NCBI GenBank assembly: GCA_049285355.1
Contig: JBAPZS010000321.1
Span: 1-27,115, forward strand
From: Candidatus Cybelea sp.
Lineage (GTDB): Bacteria; Vulcanimicrobiota; Vulcanimicrobiia; Vulcanimicrobiales; Vulcanimicrobiaceae
Length of the DNA stretch: 27,115 nt
Direction of reading: 5' to 3'
Position numbers and translations under genes: made by a program. The notes beneath the pieces are model-generated. The model made no database searches and was not told the DNA's origin. It worked only from the letters and a program-made list of their open reading frames with translations. Below are positions 1 to 10,897 of the stretch, one piece after another; position 1 is the stretch's first letter; each line of letters begins with the position of its first letter.

Positions 1-636
1 GAACGGATCTGAGCCGGGATCGTAACAGAACGGCCAAACGATGCTCCCGGTCTCGGTCGCACCGCTGGGATACGTGTACTCGTAGCGACCGTAGTAGCAG
101 TCCTGTCCGTGATCGCGCCAGTCCTTCACCGGCGTGATGATGCCGTTACCGTGCTCCTCACCGCGCAACGACGACGGAACGTCCATCGCGTAACTTTTCG
201 AGAGCGATTCGCGCGCGCCGGGATCGATCGTTGGGATCGCATGTACGTCGTTCTGGGCATTGAGCTGCGCGACTTCTTTGGCGAATCCGGCTCGATCGCG
301 CTCGATCTGCGTCGGCATGGTGGGCCGGCGCGCCGGTTCGGGCGGCGCCTTGAAGGCGACCTCCCGGACGAGTTCGCGCCGCTGCGCGCGCGCCGGCGAC
401 GACTGGCGTTGACGCACGTGGCGTATGGCGCGAGCCGGAGCCGGCCGGGGGGTCGCCTGCCGCGTCATTGAGATCGCCGTCGTCTCCGCAACAGTCTCTT
501 TCTTTTCGCCGCGCGGCACGAAGAGGCGCGCGACGGCGTAGAAGATGAGCGTCAAGACGATGAGATGAATCGCTGCCGAGACAAGCGTCGACCACGCCAG
601 CACGCGGCGGCGCCGATCGAGTCTTCCCGAGATCAC
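1..636 (-). CDS. Membrane-anchored hypothetical protein with TonB/TolA-like N-terminal helix (3' end runs off the window)
   Basis: Not in the ORF track; translated by hand from GTG at 636: MISGRLDRRRRVLAWSTLVSAAIHLIVLTLIFYAVARLFVP...ATPRPAPARA...DCYYGRYEYTYPSGATETGSIVWPFCYDPGSDPF, open to base 1. Basic N-terminus, one TM helix with S-x3-H, Pro/Arg-rich linker. Starts 17 nt after the mce stop. Confidence 0.8.
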   Translation of the reverse strand, partial: MISGRLDRRRRVLAWSTLVSAAIHLIVLTLIFYAVARLFVPRGEKKETVAETTAISMTRQATPRPAPARAIRHVRQRQSSPARAQRRELVREVAFKAPPEPARRPTMPTQIERDRAGFAKEVAQLNAQNDVHAIPTIDPGARESLSKSYAMDVPSSLRGEEHGNGIITPVKDWRDHGQDCYYGRYEYTYPSGATETGSIVWPFCYDPGSDPF

Positions 637-653
637 GTGGTCGTTAGGTTACC

Positions 654-1058
654 TTATTTCAGCGGATGTGGCTGACAGAGTTCGATGAGAACGCCGCCGG
701 TGGCCTTCGGATGGAGAAAGGCTATTAAACTCCCATTAGCTCCCCTGCGCGCACGTTCGTCAATCAATCGTACACCCTTGGTTTTGAGATCGCTGAGCGC
801 CGCTTCGATGTCGGCGACACGGTACGCGGTGTGATGAAGTTTCGTTGCCGCATTCCCGCGGTAGCGAGCGACCGGGGAGTCTTCGTGGAGCGGAAGCAGC
901 AGTTCGACGATCGCACTGCCCGCCTCCAAACCAACCGCCTCGACGCCTTGGTCGGCAACGATCTCGCGGTAGATCTCCTTGAAGCCGAGCGTCTGCGTGT
1001 AAAGCCGTAGCGTCTCCTCGAGATCTTTGACGACAATCGCGATGTGATCAATCTCCAT
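654..1058 (-). CDS. mce: Methylmalonyl-CoA epimerase (VOC family)
   Basis: IDHIAIVV...VELL...LHHTAYRV...FLHPKATGGVLIELCQ metal-ligand pattern; adjacent to the mutase gene. Confidence 0.93.
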   Translation of the reverse strand: MEIDHIAIVVKDLEETLRLYTQTLGFKEIYREIVADQGVEAVGLEAGSAIVELLLPLHEDSPVARYRGNAATKLHHTAYRVADIEAALSDLKTKGVRLIDERARRGANGSLIAFLHPKATGGVLIELCQPHPLK

Positions 1059-1078
1059 TGATGTGATCGATCCTTACA

Positions 1079-1105
1079 CTTGTCACCCTGAGCGGAGTCG
1101 AAAGG
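1079..1105. repeat. REP-like short dispersed palindromic element, copy 1
   Basis: CTTGTCACCCTGAGCGGAGTCGAAAGG; related to 14625-14649 and to the reverse complement of 26661-26687. Confidence 0.65.
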
Positions 1106-1109
1106 TCCA

Positions 1110-2684
1110 TTAGGCGACGACCTCTTTGGCGTGGTACGTTCCGAAGACGTCACGCAGGACGTCGCAAATCTCGCCGAGCGTCGCCCCGGCATCGACGGCG
1201 TCGACGAAGTGTGGCATTAGATTCTCCGAGCCGGCCGCCGCGCCGCGTACCTCGTCCAACTTAAGCGCGACTAGATCCGCGTCGCGCGCGCCGCGAAGGG
1301 CGTGCAGCCGCTCGACCTGCTCGCGCTCGGCGCGTTCGTCGACGCGTTGTAGCGGGATCGGCTCGATACTCTCCGGCTCCGCGAAGCGGTTGACCCCGAC
1401 GATGACCTGCTCGCCGCGCTCGACCGCTTGCTGCGCGATGTAGGCCGAGTCGGCGATGCGGGCTTGCATCCAGCCGCTCTCGATGGCTGCGATGCTGCCG
1501 CCCATGGCGTCGACCTCCTCGATGATCTTTGTCGCGCGCGCAATCAGCTCGTTGGTGAGCGTTTCGACGTAATAGGATCCGGCCATCGGATCGACGACGT
1601 CGGCGACGCCGGACTCATACGCGATGATCTGTTGCGTACGCAGCGCTACCTTCGCGCTCTGAGCCGTGGGAAGCGCGAGCGCTTCGTCCTGGCCGTTGGT
1701 GTGCAGCGACTGCGTGCCGCCGAGAACCGCCGCGAGCGCCTGCAACGCAACGCGCACGACGTTGTTCTCCGGCTCTTGCGCGGTCAGGGTAGAGCCGCCG
1801 GTCTGCGTATGAAAGCGCAGCATCTGCGAGCGCGGGTCCCGGCAGCCGAACTCGTCGCGCGCGATATGCGCCCAGAGATAGCGCGCCGCGCGAAACTTCG
1901 CGATCTCCTCAAAAAAATCGTTATGCGCGTTCCAGAAGAAGGAGACGCGTGGGGCGACCTCGTCGAGCGCGATGCCGGCGTCGCGCGCGGCGCGCAGATA
2001 CGCTTTCGCGTTCGAAAGGGTGAACGCAATCTCTTCGACGGCCGTCGATCCGGCTTCGCGAATGTGATACCCGGAGACGGAGATCGCATTCCATTGCGGG
2101 ACCTCACGCGCACAGTACGCCATCACGTCGGTGACGAGGCGCATTGACGGCTTCGGCGGGTAGATGTACGTGCCGCGCGCGGCGTATTCTTTGAGCACGT
2201 CGTTCTGTACGGTTCCGCCGAGCTTCGAAAACGCGATGCCGCGTCGCCGAGCTACCGCCAGGAACAGCGCCAAGAGAATCGCCGCCGGCGCGTTGATCGT
2301 CATCGAGACCGTGACCGCTTCGAGCGGAACGCCGTCGAGCAGCGTCTCCATATCGGCGATCGAATCGATCGCGACGCCGACTTTCCCGACCTCGCCACGC
2401 GCTTGCGGGGCATCGGAGTCGTAACCGAGCTGCGTGGGAAGATCGAAAGCCACGGAGAGTCCCGTCTGGCCGCGCTCGAGCAGATAGCGATAGCGCGCGT
2501 TCGACTCGGCGGCGGTTGCGAAGCCGGCGTACTGCCGCATCGTCCAAAGCCGCCCACGGTACATGTCTTTACGAATGCCGCGTCCGTACGGAAAGGTGCC
2601 GGGCTCCCCGAGCTGGTGCGGCGTTCCTTCGGGCGCATCGTAGACGGGCTCGATGGGAACTCCTGAAGCGTTGATCTCTCTCAC
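1110..2684 (-). CDS. Methylmalonyl-CoA mutase, substrate-binding (large) subunit
   Basis: [66 protein letters not shown] motifs. Tyr in RQYAGF and Arg in ARGT fit methylmalonyl-CoA specificity. No DxHxxG B12-binding domain. Confidence 0.93.
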   Translation of the reverse strand: MREINASGVPIEPVYDAPEGTPHQLGEPGTFPYGRGIRKDMYRGRLWTMRQYAGFATAAESNARYRYLLERGQTGLSVAFDLPTQLGYDSDAPQARGEVGKVGVAIDSIADMETLLDGVPLEAVTVSMTINAPAAILLALFLAVARRRGIAFSKLGGTVQNDVLKEYAARGTYIYPPKPSMRLVTDVMAYCAREVPQWNAISVSGYHIREAGSTAVEEIAFTLSNAKAYLRAARDAGIALDEVAPRVSFFWNAHNDFFEEIAKFRAARYLWAHIARDEFGCRDPRSQMLRFHTQTGGSTLTAQEPENNVVRVALQALAAVLGGTQSLHTNGQDEALALPTAQSAKVALRTQQIIAYESGVADVVDPMAGSYYVETLTNELIARATKIIEEVDAMGGSIAAIESGWMQARIADSAYIAQQAVERGEQVIVGVNRFAEPESIEPIPLQRVDERAEREQVERLHALRGARDADLVALKLDEVRGAAAGSENLMPHFVDAVDAGATLGEICDVLRDVFGTYHAKEVVA

Positions 2685-4363
2685 GCTTCGGTCTCCCCTT
2701 TGTCGCGGATACTCATCAGCGGCGAACCGCTCTCGACGGTCGCCCCCGCGTTCACGTGTACCGCGCCAACGACGCCGCTGCGATGCGCGCGAATCTCGTT
2801 CATCATCTTCATCGCCTCAACGATCGCTACGACTTGACCTTCGCGGACCGGCGCGCCTTCGCCGACGAGGAGCTCGACGATGAGCCCGTGCATCGGCGAC
2901 TCCACGTCGTTGCCGCTGCCGGCGCTACCCTGCTTGCGGGTAGCTCCGAGGCGAGGCGCCAATCGGCGCTCGGTTGAGCGCTGTACCGAAGCCGGGAGCC
3001 GCAGGCCGTTGCGCGCGGCCGGCCGGAAGGCTGCGGCGAAGCGCTCGAGCGTCGCGGTACCGTACGCGCCCGAGAGCACGGCCGGATGGTCGCAGAGCGC
3101 GCGTAGTAAAGGAAGCGTCGTGGGAACGCCTTCGACGATGTACTCGTCGATTGCCCGGCGTAAACGCGCGAGCGCCTGTTCGCGCGTCGGCGCCCAGACG
3201 ACGAGCTTCGCAACGAGCGAGTCATAGTCGGGGGGAATCGACCAGCCGGCATATGCTGCTGAGTCGACCCGGACCCCCAACCCGCCGGGCTCGCGGTACG
3301 CGCCGATCGTCCCGGGTGAGGGCCGAAAGTCTGCCGTCGGGTCCTCCGCGTTCACGCGCCCTTCGATCGAACATCCGCGAAACGAGATGTCGCTCTGCGT
3401 AAATCCGAGCGGTTCTCCCGCCGCTACGCGGATCTGCTCGCGCACGAGATCGAGACCGGAGACCATCTCGCTAACGGTATGCTCGACCTGAATGCGCGTG
3501 TTCATCTCTAGAAAGTAGAACTCGTCGCCGGCGACGAGACACTCGATCGTACCCGCCGAATCGTAGCCGATCGCTTTGGCCGCGCGTACTCCGGCCTCGC
3601 GCATCGCCGCGCGCACGCGATCGGAGATGCTCGCCGGCGTCTCCTCCCAAAGCTTTTGATGGCGCCGCTGCAGGGAGCAGTCGCGCTCGCCGACGTGGAG
3701 AACGTTCCCGTGCTTGTCGGCGAGAACTTGCAGCTCGACGTGCTTGGGGTTCTCCAGATAGCGCTCGGCGTAGATCGTTCCATCTTTGAAATAGGCATGC
3801 GCTTCACGACGTGCCGTGTCGAAAGCCGAGGGGATTTCGTCCAAAGTGGTCGCAACGCGCAGTCCCTTGCCGCCCCCGCCGGCAGCCGCTTTGAGCGCGA
3901 GCGGCAGGCCGTAACGCTCCGCGGCAGCGCGCGCGGCCGCGACGTCCGGAATCGACTCGGTCCCGCCCGGTACGACGGGCACGTTCGCCTCGCGCATCGC
4001 GCGACGCGCACGCAGCTTGTCGCCCATCGTATGGATCGCACCGGGATGCGGGCCAATCCACGTTAGTCCCGCCGCGACGACGCTGCGCGCAAATTCGGCA
4101 TTCTCGGCCAGAAACCCGTACCCGGGATGCACGGCCTGGGCGCCCGACTTCTGCGCGACCGCGATCAGCTTTTGCCCGTCGAGATAGCTCTGCGCGGGCG
4201 AAGCGGGGCCGATATGGTGTGCCTCGTCGGCGAGCGCGACGTGCAGCGCGTCGCGATCGGCATCGGAGTAAACGGCGACCGACGCAACGCCCATCTCGCG
4301 CGCCGTTCGAGTGATGCGAACCGCGATCTCCCCCCGATTCGCAATCAGTATTTTGTCAAACAC
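2681..4363 (-). CDS. Acyl-CoA carboxylase biotin carboxylase fused to biotin carboxyl carrier domain
   Basis: [52 protein letters not shown]-terminal EAMKM biotinylation motif; 4-nt overlap with the mutase start. Confidence 0.95.
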   Translation of the reverse strand: MFDKILIANRGEIAVRITRTAREMGVASVAVYSDADRDALHVALADEAHHIGPASPAQSYLDGQKLIAVAQKSGAQAVHPGYGFLAENAEFARSVVAAGLTWIGPHPGAIHTMGDKLRARRAMREANVPVVPGGTESIPDVAAARAAAERYGLPLALKAAAGGGGKGLRVATTLDEIPSAFDTARREAHAYFKDGTIYAERYLENPKHVELQVLADKHGNVLHVGERDCSLQRRHQKLWEETPASISDRVRAAMREAGVRAAKAIGYDSAGTIECLVAGDEFYFLEMNTRIQVEHTVSEMVSGLDLVREQIRVAAGEPLGFTQSDISFRGCSIEGRVNAEDPTADFRPSPGTIGAYREPGGLGVRVDSAAYAGWSIPPDYDSLVAKLVVWAPTREQALARLRRAIDEYIVEGVPTTLPLLRALCDHPAVLSGAYGTATLERFAAAFRPAARNGLRLPASVQRSTERRLAPRLGATRKQGSAGSGNDVESPMHGLIVELLVGEGAPVREGQVVAIVEAMKMMNEIRAHRSGVVGAVHVNAGATVESGSPLMSIRDKGETEA

Positions 4364-4366
4364 GTC

Positions 4367-5146
4367 TTACTGCGGTGGATAAATCCCCATCGCATGATAC
4401 CCGGCATCGACGAAGTGCACGTCGGCGGTGACGGCCGACGAAAGGTCCGAGGCGAGGAATACCGCCATGCTTCCCACATCCTCAGCCGTGACGTTGCGCC
4501 GCAAGGGCGCGACCAGTGGAACCACGTCGAGAATCTTCGAGAAGCCGCCGACCTGCCGCGAACTCGCCGTCTTGATCGGACCGGCGGAGATCGCGTTCAC
4601 GCGAATATTCCGGTCGCCCAGATCGAACGCGATGTAGCGAATCGTCGCCTCGAGCGCCGCCTTGGCGATGCCCATGAGGTTGTAGTTCGGAACGATCTGC
4701 GTCGCCCCGAGATAGGTGAGCGCCATAATCGATGCACCATCGTTGAACGAATCTCGCAGCGCGCTCACGAGGGCGATGAGGGAGTACGCCGATACGTCGA
4801 GCGCGAGCGCGAATCCGGAGCGCGACGTATCGAAGACCTTTCCGGCCAGATCCTCCTTGTTGGCAAAAGCGATCGAGTGCACCAGTACGTCGAGTGGGCC
4901 GAACCGCTCCGCGAGTGCTTCCCGCATCGCTGCGAGCGATGCGTTGCTCGAGACGTCGCATTCGACGGTCGGCGCGTTGCCGAGCTCTGCGGCGAGCTTC
5001 TCGACCTCATCCTTAACGCGCTCCCCTTGATACGCAAGGGCGATAACGGCACCGTTTTGATGCAGCTTACGGGCAACGCCCGTGGCGATCGACCAGCGGT
5101 TCGCAACGCCCGCTACGAGCGCGCGTTTACCTTCCAATAAACTCAC
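4367..5146 (-). CDS. fabI: Enoyl-ACP reductase (NADH)
   Basis: GVANRWSIA, HSIAFA, YNLMGIAKAALE, VNAISAGPIKT, HFVDAG. Confidence 0.93.
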   Translation of the reverse strand: MSLLEGKRALVAGVANRWSIATGVARKLHQNGAVIALAYQGERVKDEVEKLAAELGNAPTVECDVSSNASLAAMREALAERFGPLDVLVHSIAFANKEDLAGKVFDTSRSGFALALDVSAYSLIALVSALRDSFNDGASIMALTYLGATQIVPNYNLMGIAKAALEATIRYIAFDLGDRNIRVNAISAGPIKTASSRQVGGFSKILDVVPLVAPLRRNVTAEDVGSMAVFLASDLSSAVTADVHFVDAGYHAMGIYPPQ

Positions 5147-5224
5147 GAAGGCTAGATACCAGCGCCGCGGCCCCCGTCCTGCCCCCTTGCTTGCGTCTAC
5201 GGCCGGTTGCCGCGGGGCCGCCGT

Positions 5225-5250
5225 TGAAACCTAGCGCCGCCTGCACCGTA
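5225..5250 (+). promoter_or_regulatory. Candidate ECF-sigma promoter (SigW-type TGAAAC-N16-CGTA)
   Basis: TGAAAC 5225-5230, 16-nt spacer, CGTA 5247-5250, 37 nt upstream of ATG 5288. Confidence 0.55.
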
Positions 5251-5287
5251 TCTAAAGCTACGTAAGCTTACTCGAAGGGACCGACCG

Positions 5288-5671
5288 ATGAAACCATTCT
5301 TATTGCGCCGTTCGCTCGGAACGATTGGGCTGCTCGTGGCTTTCGCGAGCCAGGCAGCCTGGGCGCTTGCGGGCACCAGCGGGGGCGTCGCGGGCGTCGT
5401 TACCGACGCTAATACCGGGGCACCGATTCCCGGCGTTCAGTTAAAGATCAGCTCGCCGTCGCAGACGGTGACCACTACGACGGACGCTCGCGGCCACTAC
5501 ATCGTCTTCTCTCTGCAGCCCGACGACTACAGTTTGACGGCAGTAAAGGACGGATACGACGCGCGAACCGTCTCCGGAGACTCGGTTTACGCCGATCAGA
5601 CGCAACGCTACGACATGCAACTAACACCCGCGACCGCGACCTCACCCGCGCCACAATTGCGCTTTCGATAG
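5288..5671 (+). CDS. Small secreted protein consisting of a single carboxypeptidase-regulatory-like (prealbumin-like) domain
   Basis: Signal peptide ending ALA-GT; GVVTDANTGAPIPGV...TTTTDARGHY...LQPDDYSLTAVKDGY; RBS GAAGGGA; aligns by eye with the N-terminal domain of the receptor at 20955-24788. Confidence 0.85.
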   Translation: MKPFLLRRSLGTIGLLVAFASQAAWALAGTSGGVAGVVTDANTGAPIPGVQLKISSPSQTVTTTTDARGHYIVFSLQPDDYSLTAVKDGYDARTVSGDSVYADQTQRYDMQLTPATATSPAPQLRFR

Positions 5672-5709
5672 GTTAACTTAGCTCTGGTTTAGTCCCGAGT
5701 TACGGAGGG

Positions 5710-7263
5710 TCATAAGGGGATGTTGCCGTGTTTGCGGTCGGGGCGCAGCACGTGCTTGTCGCGCAGCATCTCCAATGCGTCCGCGATCGCGCCGCGCGTC
5801 GCGTGGGCCTCGATCACGTCGTCGACGTAGCCGCGCCCGGCGGCAATGTACGGGTGGGAGAATCGCTCTTCGTAGTCGGCGATCAGCTCGGTCATCTTAG
5901 CCGCTTTGTCCGGCGCGGCCTCAATTTCGCGACGAAAGATCGTCTTGACGGCGCTTTCGGCTCCCATGACCGCGATCTCGGCGGTCGGCCAGGCGAGGTT
6001 GACGTCGGCACGGATGTGTTTACTGGCCATGACGTCGTAGGCGCCGCCATACGCTTTGCGCGTGATCACGGTGATCTTCGGCACGGTCGCCTCGGCAAAC
6101 GCATACAGCAACTTGGCACCGTGCAGGATGATCCCACCGTACTCCTGATCGGTGCCCGGTAAGAACCCGGGCACGTCAACGAACGTAACCAGCGGAAGGT
6201 TGAAGGCGTCGCAGAAGCGCACGAAGCGCGCCGCCTTCACGGAAGAACGCGTGTCGAGTACGCCCGCTAGAACGTTGGGCTGGTTGCCGACGATCCCCAG
6301 GCTGCGTCCGTTCACGCGGCCGAACCCGCAGATGATGTTCGGCGCGTAGAGCGGCTGGATTTCAAGGAAATCGCCGTAGTCGACGATACCCTCGATCACC
6401 TGGCGCATATCGTACGGTTTGTTCGGTGACTCCGGTATCAGTTCGTCAAGCACCGTAACCTTGCGATGGGGATCGTCGTCGCAGGCGAACTCTGGCGGCG
6501 CCTCCATGTTGTTTTGCGGAAGAAACGAGAAGAGTTCGCGAGTGAGCCGGAACAGATGCGCCTCGTCTTCGGCCACCAAGTGCGCGACGCCGCTGCGGGT
6601 CGCGTGCGTCATCGCGCCGCCGAGCTCCTCAAAAGTCACCTCCTCGCCGGTGACCGTCTTGATGATTTCGGGACCGGTGATGAACATCTGCGAGATCTTT
6701 TCGGTCATGATGATGAAGTCGGTTATGGCGGGCGAATAGACCGCGCCGCCGGCGCACGGCCCGGCGATGAGGCTGATCTGTGGAATGACGCCGCTGGCCG
6801 CGACGTTACGCCAAAAAATCTCAGCGTAGCCGCCCAGGGAGACGACGCCCTCTTGAATGCGCGCGCCGCCGGAATCGTTGATGCCGATGAGCGGCGACCC
6901 CGTGCGCAGCGCCAGGTCCATCATTTTGCAGATCTTTTCGGCGAACGCTTCGCCGAGCGAACCGCCGAGTACCGAGAAGTCTTGCGAGAAGAGGAAGACT
7001 TGACGCCCGTCGATGGTCGCGCGCCCGGTAATGACGCCGTCGCCTAAAAACTCCTTGTCGTTGAGCCCGAACGCTCCGGCGCGATGAACGACGAACCGGT
7101 CGAACTCCACAAACGAGCCGTCGTCGACCAGCGCCTCGACGCGCTCTCGCGCGGAGAGCTTACCTCGCGCGTGCTGGCGCGCCAGTGCCTCCGCCCCGGC
7201 GGGCTTTTCTGATTCCGCGCGTTTATGCGCGAGCTCGCGGTATTTTTGCGCGCGACTCTTCAC
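5710..7263 (-). CDS. pccB: Acyl-CoA (propionyl-/methylmalonyl-CoA) carboxylase carboxyltransferase subunit
   Basis: [64 protein letters not shown] end. Start GTG 7263 preferred; TTG 7290 is possible. Confidence 0.92.
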   Translation of the reverse strand: MKSRAQKYRELAHKRAESEKPAGAEALARQHARGKLSARERVEALVDDGSFVEFDRFVVHRAGAFGLNDKEFLGDGVITGRATIDGRQVFLFSQDFSVLGGSLGEAFAEKICKMMDLALRTGSPLIGINDSGGARIQEGVVSLGGYAEIFWRNVAASGVIPQISLIAGPCAGGAVYSPAITDFIIMTEKISQMFITGPEIIKTVTGEEVTFEELGGAMTHATRSGVAHLVAEDEAHLFRLTRELFSFLPQNNMEAPPEFACDDDPHRKVTVLDELIPESPNKPYDMRQVIEGIVDYGDFLEIQPLYAPNIICGFGRVNGRSLGIVGNQPNVLAGVLDTRSSVKAARFVRFCDAFNLPLVTFVDVPGFLPGTDQEYGGIILHGAKLLYAFAEATVPKITVITRKAYGGAYDVMASKHIRADVNLAWPTAEIAVMGAESAVKTIFRREIEAAPDKAAKMTELIADYEERFSHPYIAAGRGYVDDVIEAHATRGAIADALEMLRDKHVLRPDRKHGNIPL

Positions 7264-7325
7264 GAAGTTAGTCTTGCACGCATCGGGCAAAGGTCCTCGA
7301 CAGCGTTGGCGAAATACGCTTCGCC

Positions 7326-9527
7326 ATGCGGACCGTCTGCTGCGTCCTCGCCCTGGCCGTTGTCGGCGCGGTTCCGTCCTCGTTTCCGCAACCGCCGCCG
7401 CTGCCGCCTGAAAAAGCGGTCGCGGATACGATGTATGGGACCTCCGTTACCGATCCGTATCGCTACTTCGAGAATATGGACGATCCGGCCGTCAAGCAGT
7501 TTTTCAAGGATCAAAACGAGTACACACGCGCAGTCCTCGACCGGCTGGGGTCGCCGCGCGAGGCGCTGTTCGAACGGATCAAAGCACTGGATAATTCCGG
7601 CGCTACCGTGGTCGGGGTCACCAGAGACGGACCGTATTACTTTTACGAAAAGCTCAATCCCGGCGACAACTCGCCGAAGCTTTACGTGCGATCCGTCGAC
7701 CGCGCCGACGAGCGCGTCCTGATCGACCCGCAAACTCTTGCTGGAGCGGGCCAGCACTATACCATCAATTACTTCCTGCCGTCGCTCGACGGCGCCCACG
7801 TCGCGTACGGGATCTCGGAAGGAGGCTCGGAGGCCTCAGTCATTCACGTGGTCGAGACGGCGACGGGGCGTGTCTTGCCGGATGCGATCTCGCGGGCGTA
7901 TTTCGTCGGCCCGACGAGCTGGCTCGACGGCAACTCGTTCTATTACGTGCGCTTCCCCGAGCTCAAACCGGGCGAACCCCAGACCGACAAGGAGACGCGC
8001 GCCGTCAACTACCTTCACGTATTGGGGAACGATCCGGATCGCGACGTTGCGGTCTTCGGCTACGGCGTCAATCCGAAGGTGGCATTTGCGCCTACCGATT
8101 TTCCGGTCGTGATTACTTCGCCGGTCTCACCCTATACTCTCGGTGTAGTCGAGCACGGCGTAAGGAACGAGATTACGGTCTATGCGCTGCGCGGATCGCT
8201 AGCGTCGGGTGACGTGAACTGGCAGCCCGTGGCGACGGTTGACGACGACGTCACCGGCTACGAGCTGCGAGGACCGACACTCTACCTAGTAAGCCACAAG
8301 GATGCGCCGACATTCAAAGTGATCGCAACGTCGCTCGATGCGCCGAACGTGGCGCAGGCGCCAACGGTCATCCCAAGCGGAAGAGCGATCGTCCAGGCCC
8401 TCGGCATGGCGTCAGATGGACTCTACGTGCAATCGCGCGACGGAGGATTCGGTCAAATCACTCGGGTCGCACTAGGCGCCGATGGGACTCCGGGCGCGCA
8501 GACGACGTTAGCGCTCCCGTATCGAGGCGCGATCAACGCAATCTCCACCGACCCACGCGAGCCCGGTGTCGTCTTCGGTTTAGCTGGATGGACGCACTCG
8601 CAACTCATCTACGCGGCAGACGCAAGCGCAACCGTAAGCGATACACATCTCAAAGTGCCGGCGAACGTCGACATGTCCCCCTATACCTCGTCGGAGGTAG
8701 CGGCGCGCAGCCAGGATGGTACGATGGTGCCGCTCTCGATCGTCTACCGCAAAGGTCTGGCGCCCGATGGCTCCCATCCTGCGTATCTGCAAGGCTATGG
8801 CGCTTACGGGATCACGCTTCAGCCGAGCTTTTCCGCAACGCGCGTTGCGTGGCTGGAGCGCGGCGGCGTCTTCGCCGTCTGTCACGTGCGCGGCGGCGGC
8901 TGGTACGGTGAAGGCTGGCATCAGGCCGGAATGCAGACGACCAAACCGCATACGTGGGAAGACTTCATTGCCTGTGGACGCTGGCTGGTCGCGCATAAGT
9001 ACACGTCGCCCGCCCATCTCGCGGGCGAAGGAACGAGTGCCGGCGGCATCACGATCGGTCGTGCAATTACCTCGCAGCCGCACCTTTTTGCCGCGGCGCT
9101 CGACGTCGTAGGAGCGAGCAACGCTCTCCGGCTGGAGTTCACGCCGAACGGGCCGCCGAACATTCCGGAGTTCGGCACGGTGAAGAACGCGGCTGGCTTC
9201 CGGGCGCTCTATGCGATGGATGCCTACGAGCACGTCGTTCCCGGAACGGCTTATCCCGGCGTCATGCTCGTTACCGGCTACAACGACCCCCGGGTCGCCT
9301 CGTGGCAGCTCGCCAAGTTCGCGGCGAGGCTGGCCGCCTCGACGACGAGCCGCCGCCCGATACTTTTGCGCGTCGATTACGATGCGGGCCACGGGTTCCG
9401 GGGCGCGTCGCGGCAGCAGTCGGAGCAGTTGCTTACCGACGAGTACGCCTTCTTGCTCTGGCAGTGTGGCGACCCGGCCTTCGCCGCCATTCCGACGCGG
9501 ATCTATCCGCGGCAATCGTCCTTATAG
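7326..9527 (+). CDS. Secreted prolyl oligopeptidase (peptidase S9A)
   Basis: Signal peptide, DPYRYFE, GYGAYG, VRGGG, catalytic GTSAGG / NDPRV / AGHG triad. Confidence 0.93.
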   Translation: MRTVCCVLALAVVGAVPSSFPQPPPLPPEKAVADTMYGTSVTDPYRYFENMDDPAVKQFFKDQNEYTRAVLDRLGSPREALFERIKALDNSGATVVGVTRDGPYYFYEKLNPGDNSPKLYVRSVDRADERVLIDPQTLAGAGQHYTINYFLPSLDGAHVAYGISEGGSEASVIHVVETATGRVLPDAISRAYFVGPTSWLDGNSFYYVRFPELKPGEPQTDKETRAVNYLHVLGNDPDRDVAVFGYGVNPKVAFAPTDFPVVITSPVSPYTLGVVEHGVRNEITVYALRGSLASGDVNWQPVATVDDDVTGYELRGPTLYLVSHKDAPTFKVIATSLDAPNVAQAPTVIPSGRAIVQALGMASDGLYVQSRDGGFGQITRVALGADGTPGAQTTLALPYRGAINAISTDPREPGVVFGLAGWTHSQLIYAADASATVSDTHLKVPANVDMSPYTSSEVAARSQDGTMVPLSIVYRKGLAPDGSHPAYLQGYGAYGITLQPSFSATRVAWLERGGVFAVCHVRGGGWYGEGWHQAGMQTTKPHTWEDFIACGRWLVAHKYTSPAHLAGEGTSAGGITIGRAITSQPHLFAAALDVVGASNALRLEFTPNGPPNIPEFGTVKNAAGFRALYAMDAYEHVVPGTAYPGVMLVTGYNDPRVASWQLAKFAARLAASTTSRRPILLRVDYDAGHGFRGASRQQSEQLLTDEYAFLLWQCGDPAFAAIPTRIYPRQSSL

Positions 9528-9537
9528 GCGGCGCTCG

Positions 9538-9564
9538 GAATCCATGCGTCGGTGACCCACGTTC
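9538..9564 (+). promoter_or_regulatory. Candidate autoregulatory ECF promoter AATCCA-N15-CGTTC (probably leaderless transcript)
   Basis: GAATCCAtgcgtcggtgacccaCGTTC ending 3 nt before ATG 9568; same motif and spacing at 10822-10848. Confidence 0.65.
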
Positions 9565-9567
9565 ATC

Positions 9568-10101
9568 ATGAGTGACGCCGTCGAGCTCATGGAGCGCGTA
9601 AGGCGCGGCGATGCCGGCGCCTTCGAGACCCTTTACGACGAATACCATCGGCTCGTCTACGGTGTCGCCCTGCGCGTGCTCGCCGATCGCAGCGTCGCCG
9701 AAGACGTGACGCAGGGGGTCTTTCTGAAGCTCTGGAGCAATCCCGGCTCGTTTGTCTCCGGGAACTTTGGGGCCTGGATCGTGCGGGTCGCGCGTAACCG
9801 TGCCCTGGACGTGCTGCGCTCGCGCGCGGCGCATCCCGAGGGCGAGGTTCCTGAGTCAATGCCTGCGGAGGATTCACTGGAAGATACCGCATTCTCAAAA
9901 CTCAACGCCGAATCGGTTCGTAATGCCCTCGCCATGCTGCCGCAGGAACAACGTGAGCTGATCGAGCTCGGCTTTTTCGGCGGCGCGACACATCACGAGA
10001 TGGCGCGCTCGACCGGGCTACCGCTCGGCACCGTCAAGACGCGCATTCGAAGCGGTTTGCGGCGCCTGCGCGTCGCGCTCGACGGAGTCGTCGCCGTATG
10101 A
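9568..10101 (+). CDS. ECF RNA polymerase sigma factor, SigK-like
   Basis: Region 2 (AEDVTQGVFLKLW...WIVRVARNRALD) and region 4 (LPQEQRELIEL...PLGTVKTRIRSGL). Confidence 0.93.
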   Translation: MSDAVELMERVRRGDAGAFETLYDEYHRLVYGVALRVLADRSVAEDVTQGVFLKLWSNPGSFVSGNFGAWIVRVARNRALDVLRSRAAHPEGEVPESMPAEDSLEDTAFSKLNAESVRNALAMLPQEQRELIELGFFGGATHHEMARSTGLPLGTVKTRIRSGLRRLRVALDGVVAV

Positions 10102-10811
10102 CCTCGCACGACGAGATGCTCGACAACGTCGCCGTATACGCGCTCGGCGTACTGCCGCCCGGCGAGGCGCAGGAAGTGGCCGAGCACCTACGCACCTGCG
10201 AGGAGTGCCGGCGCGAGTACGATCTCTTACGGCCGGTCGTCTCCGCCGTCGGATCGTCGGCGCAATACTACGGCGACGAAGTCTGCCCCGGACCGCTGCT
10301 CAAGGCCCGCATCCTGCGCGAGGTCCGCAACTCCGGACGCGCGCAGTCCCCGGCAAAGAGCGGCTCGCCGTGGCTGACCTTCGGCGCGATCGCGGCGAGC
10401 CTCGTCTTCACCGTCGGGGCGTTGCTCATCTACACGACGATGGATCGCCGCATCGCCCGCGAGACGGCACTCATGGCCGCACAATCGGCGGCGCTCGCCG
10501 ATCTTGCATCTGCCGACGCCAGGCGATATCGCTTCGCTAACGGAGCGGTCTTCGTCCGCGGCACGCACCTGTACGTTGCGCTGCCGAGCCTTGCGCCGCT
10601 GCCGCCCGGCAAGGTCTATCAAGCCTGGACGCTCCCAAAGGGCTCGAAGACGATGGCTCCCTCGGTGACGTTTATGCCGAGCGACCGCGAGGAGACGATC
10701 GTCCGTTTGCCCCAGTCGGCGGAGACGGTCGCGGCAGTTGCCGTGAGCGTCGAGCCGGAGGGCGGCTCGAAGCAGCCTACGAGCAAGCCGATCGGGATCG
10801 CAACACTTTAG
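10098..10811 (+). CDS. Membrane anti-sigma factor, RskA-like, with HxxxCxxC zinc-binding motif
   Basis: YALGVL, HLRTCEEC, single TM helix, C-terminal LPPGKVYQAW...VAVSVEPEGGSKQPT; ATGA overlap with the sigma gene. Confidence 0.9.
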   Translation: MTSHDEMLDNVAVYALGVLPPGEAQEVAEHLRTCEECRREYDLLRPVVSAVGSSAQYYGDEVCPGPLLKARILREVRNSGRAQSPAKSGSPWLTFGAIAASLVFTVGALLIYTTMDRRIARETALMAAQSAALADLASADARRYRFANGAVFVRGTHLYVALPSLAPLPPGKVYQAWTLPKGSKTMAPSVTFMPSDREETIVRLPQSAETVAAVAVSVEPEGGSKQPTSKPIGIATL

Positions 10812-10821
10812 CCGCTTCCGG

Positions 10822-10848
10822 CAATCCAAACCCGCCGCAACCCCGTTC
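10822..10848 (+). promoter_or_regulatory. Candidate ECF promoter AATCCA-N15-CGTTC for the downstream secreted protein
   Basis: CAATCCAaacccgccgcaacccCGTTC; identical boxes and spacing to 9538-9564. Confidence 0.65.
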
Positions 10849-10897
10849 CTTACGAAGAATCGTCTTCATCGTCGAGCTTCGCTCGAGAAAGGAACTT

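Noticed and set aside
109..595. Track ORFs 109-471(+) and 158-595(-)
   Set aside because: Shadow frames of the real minus-strand CDS 1-636
7326..9527. Prolyl oligopeptidase as a RiPP maturation enzyme
   Set aside because: No precursor peptide or modifying enzymes nearby; ordinary secreted S9A peptidase
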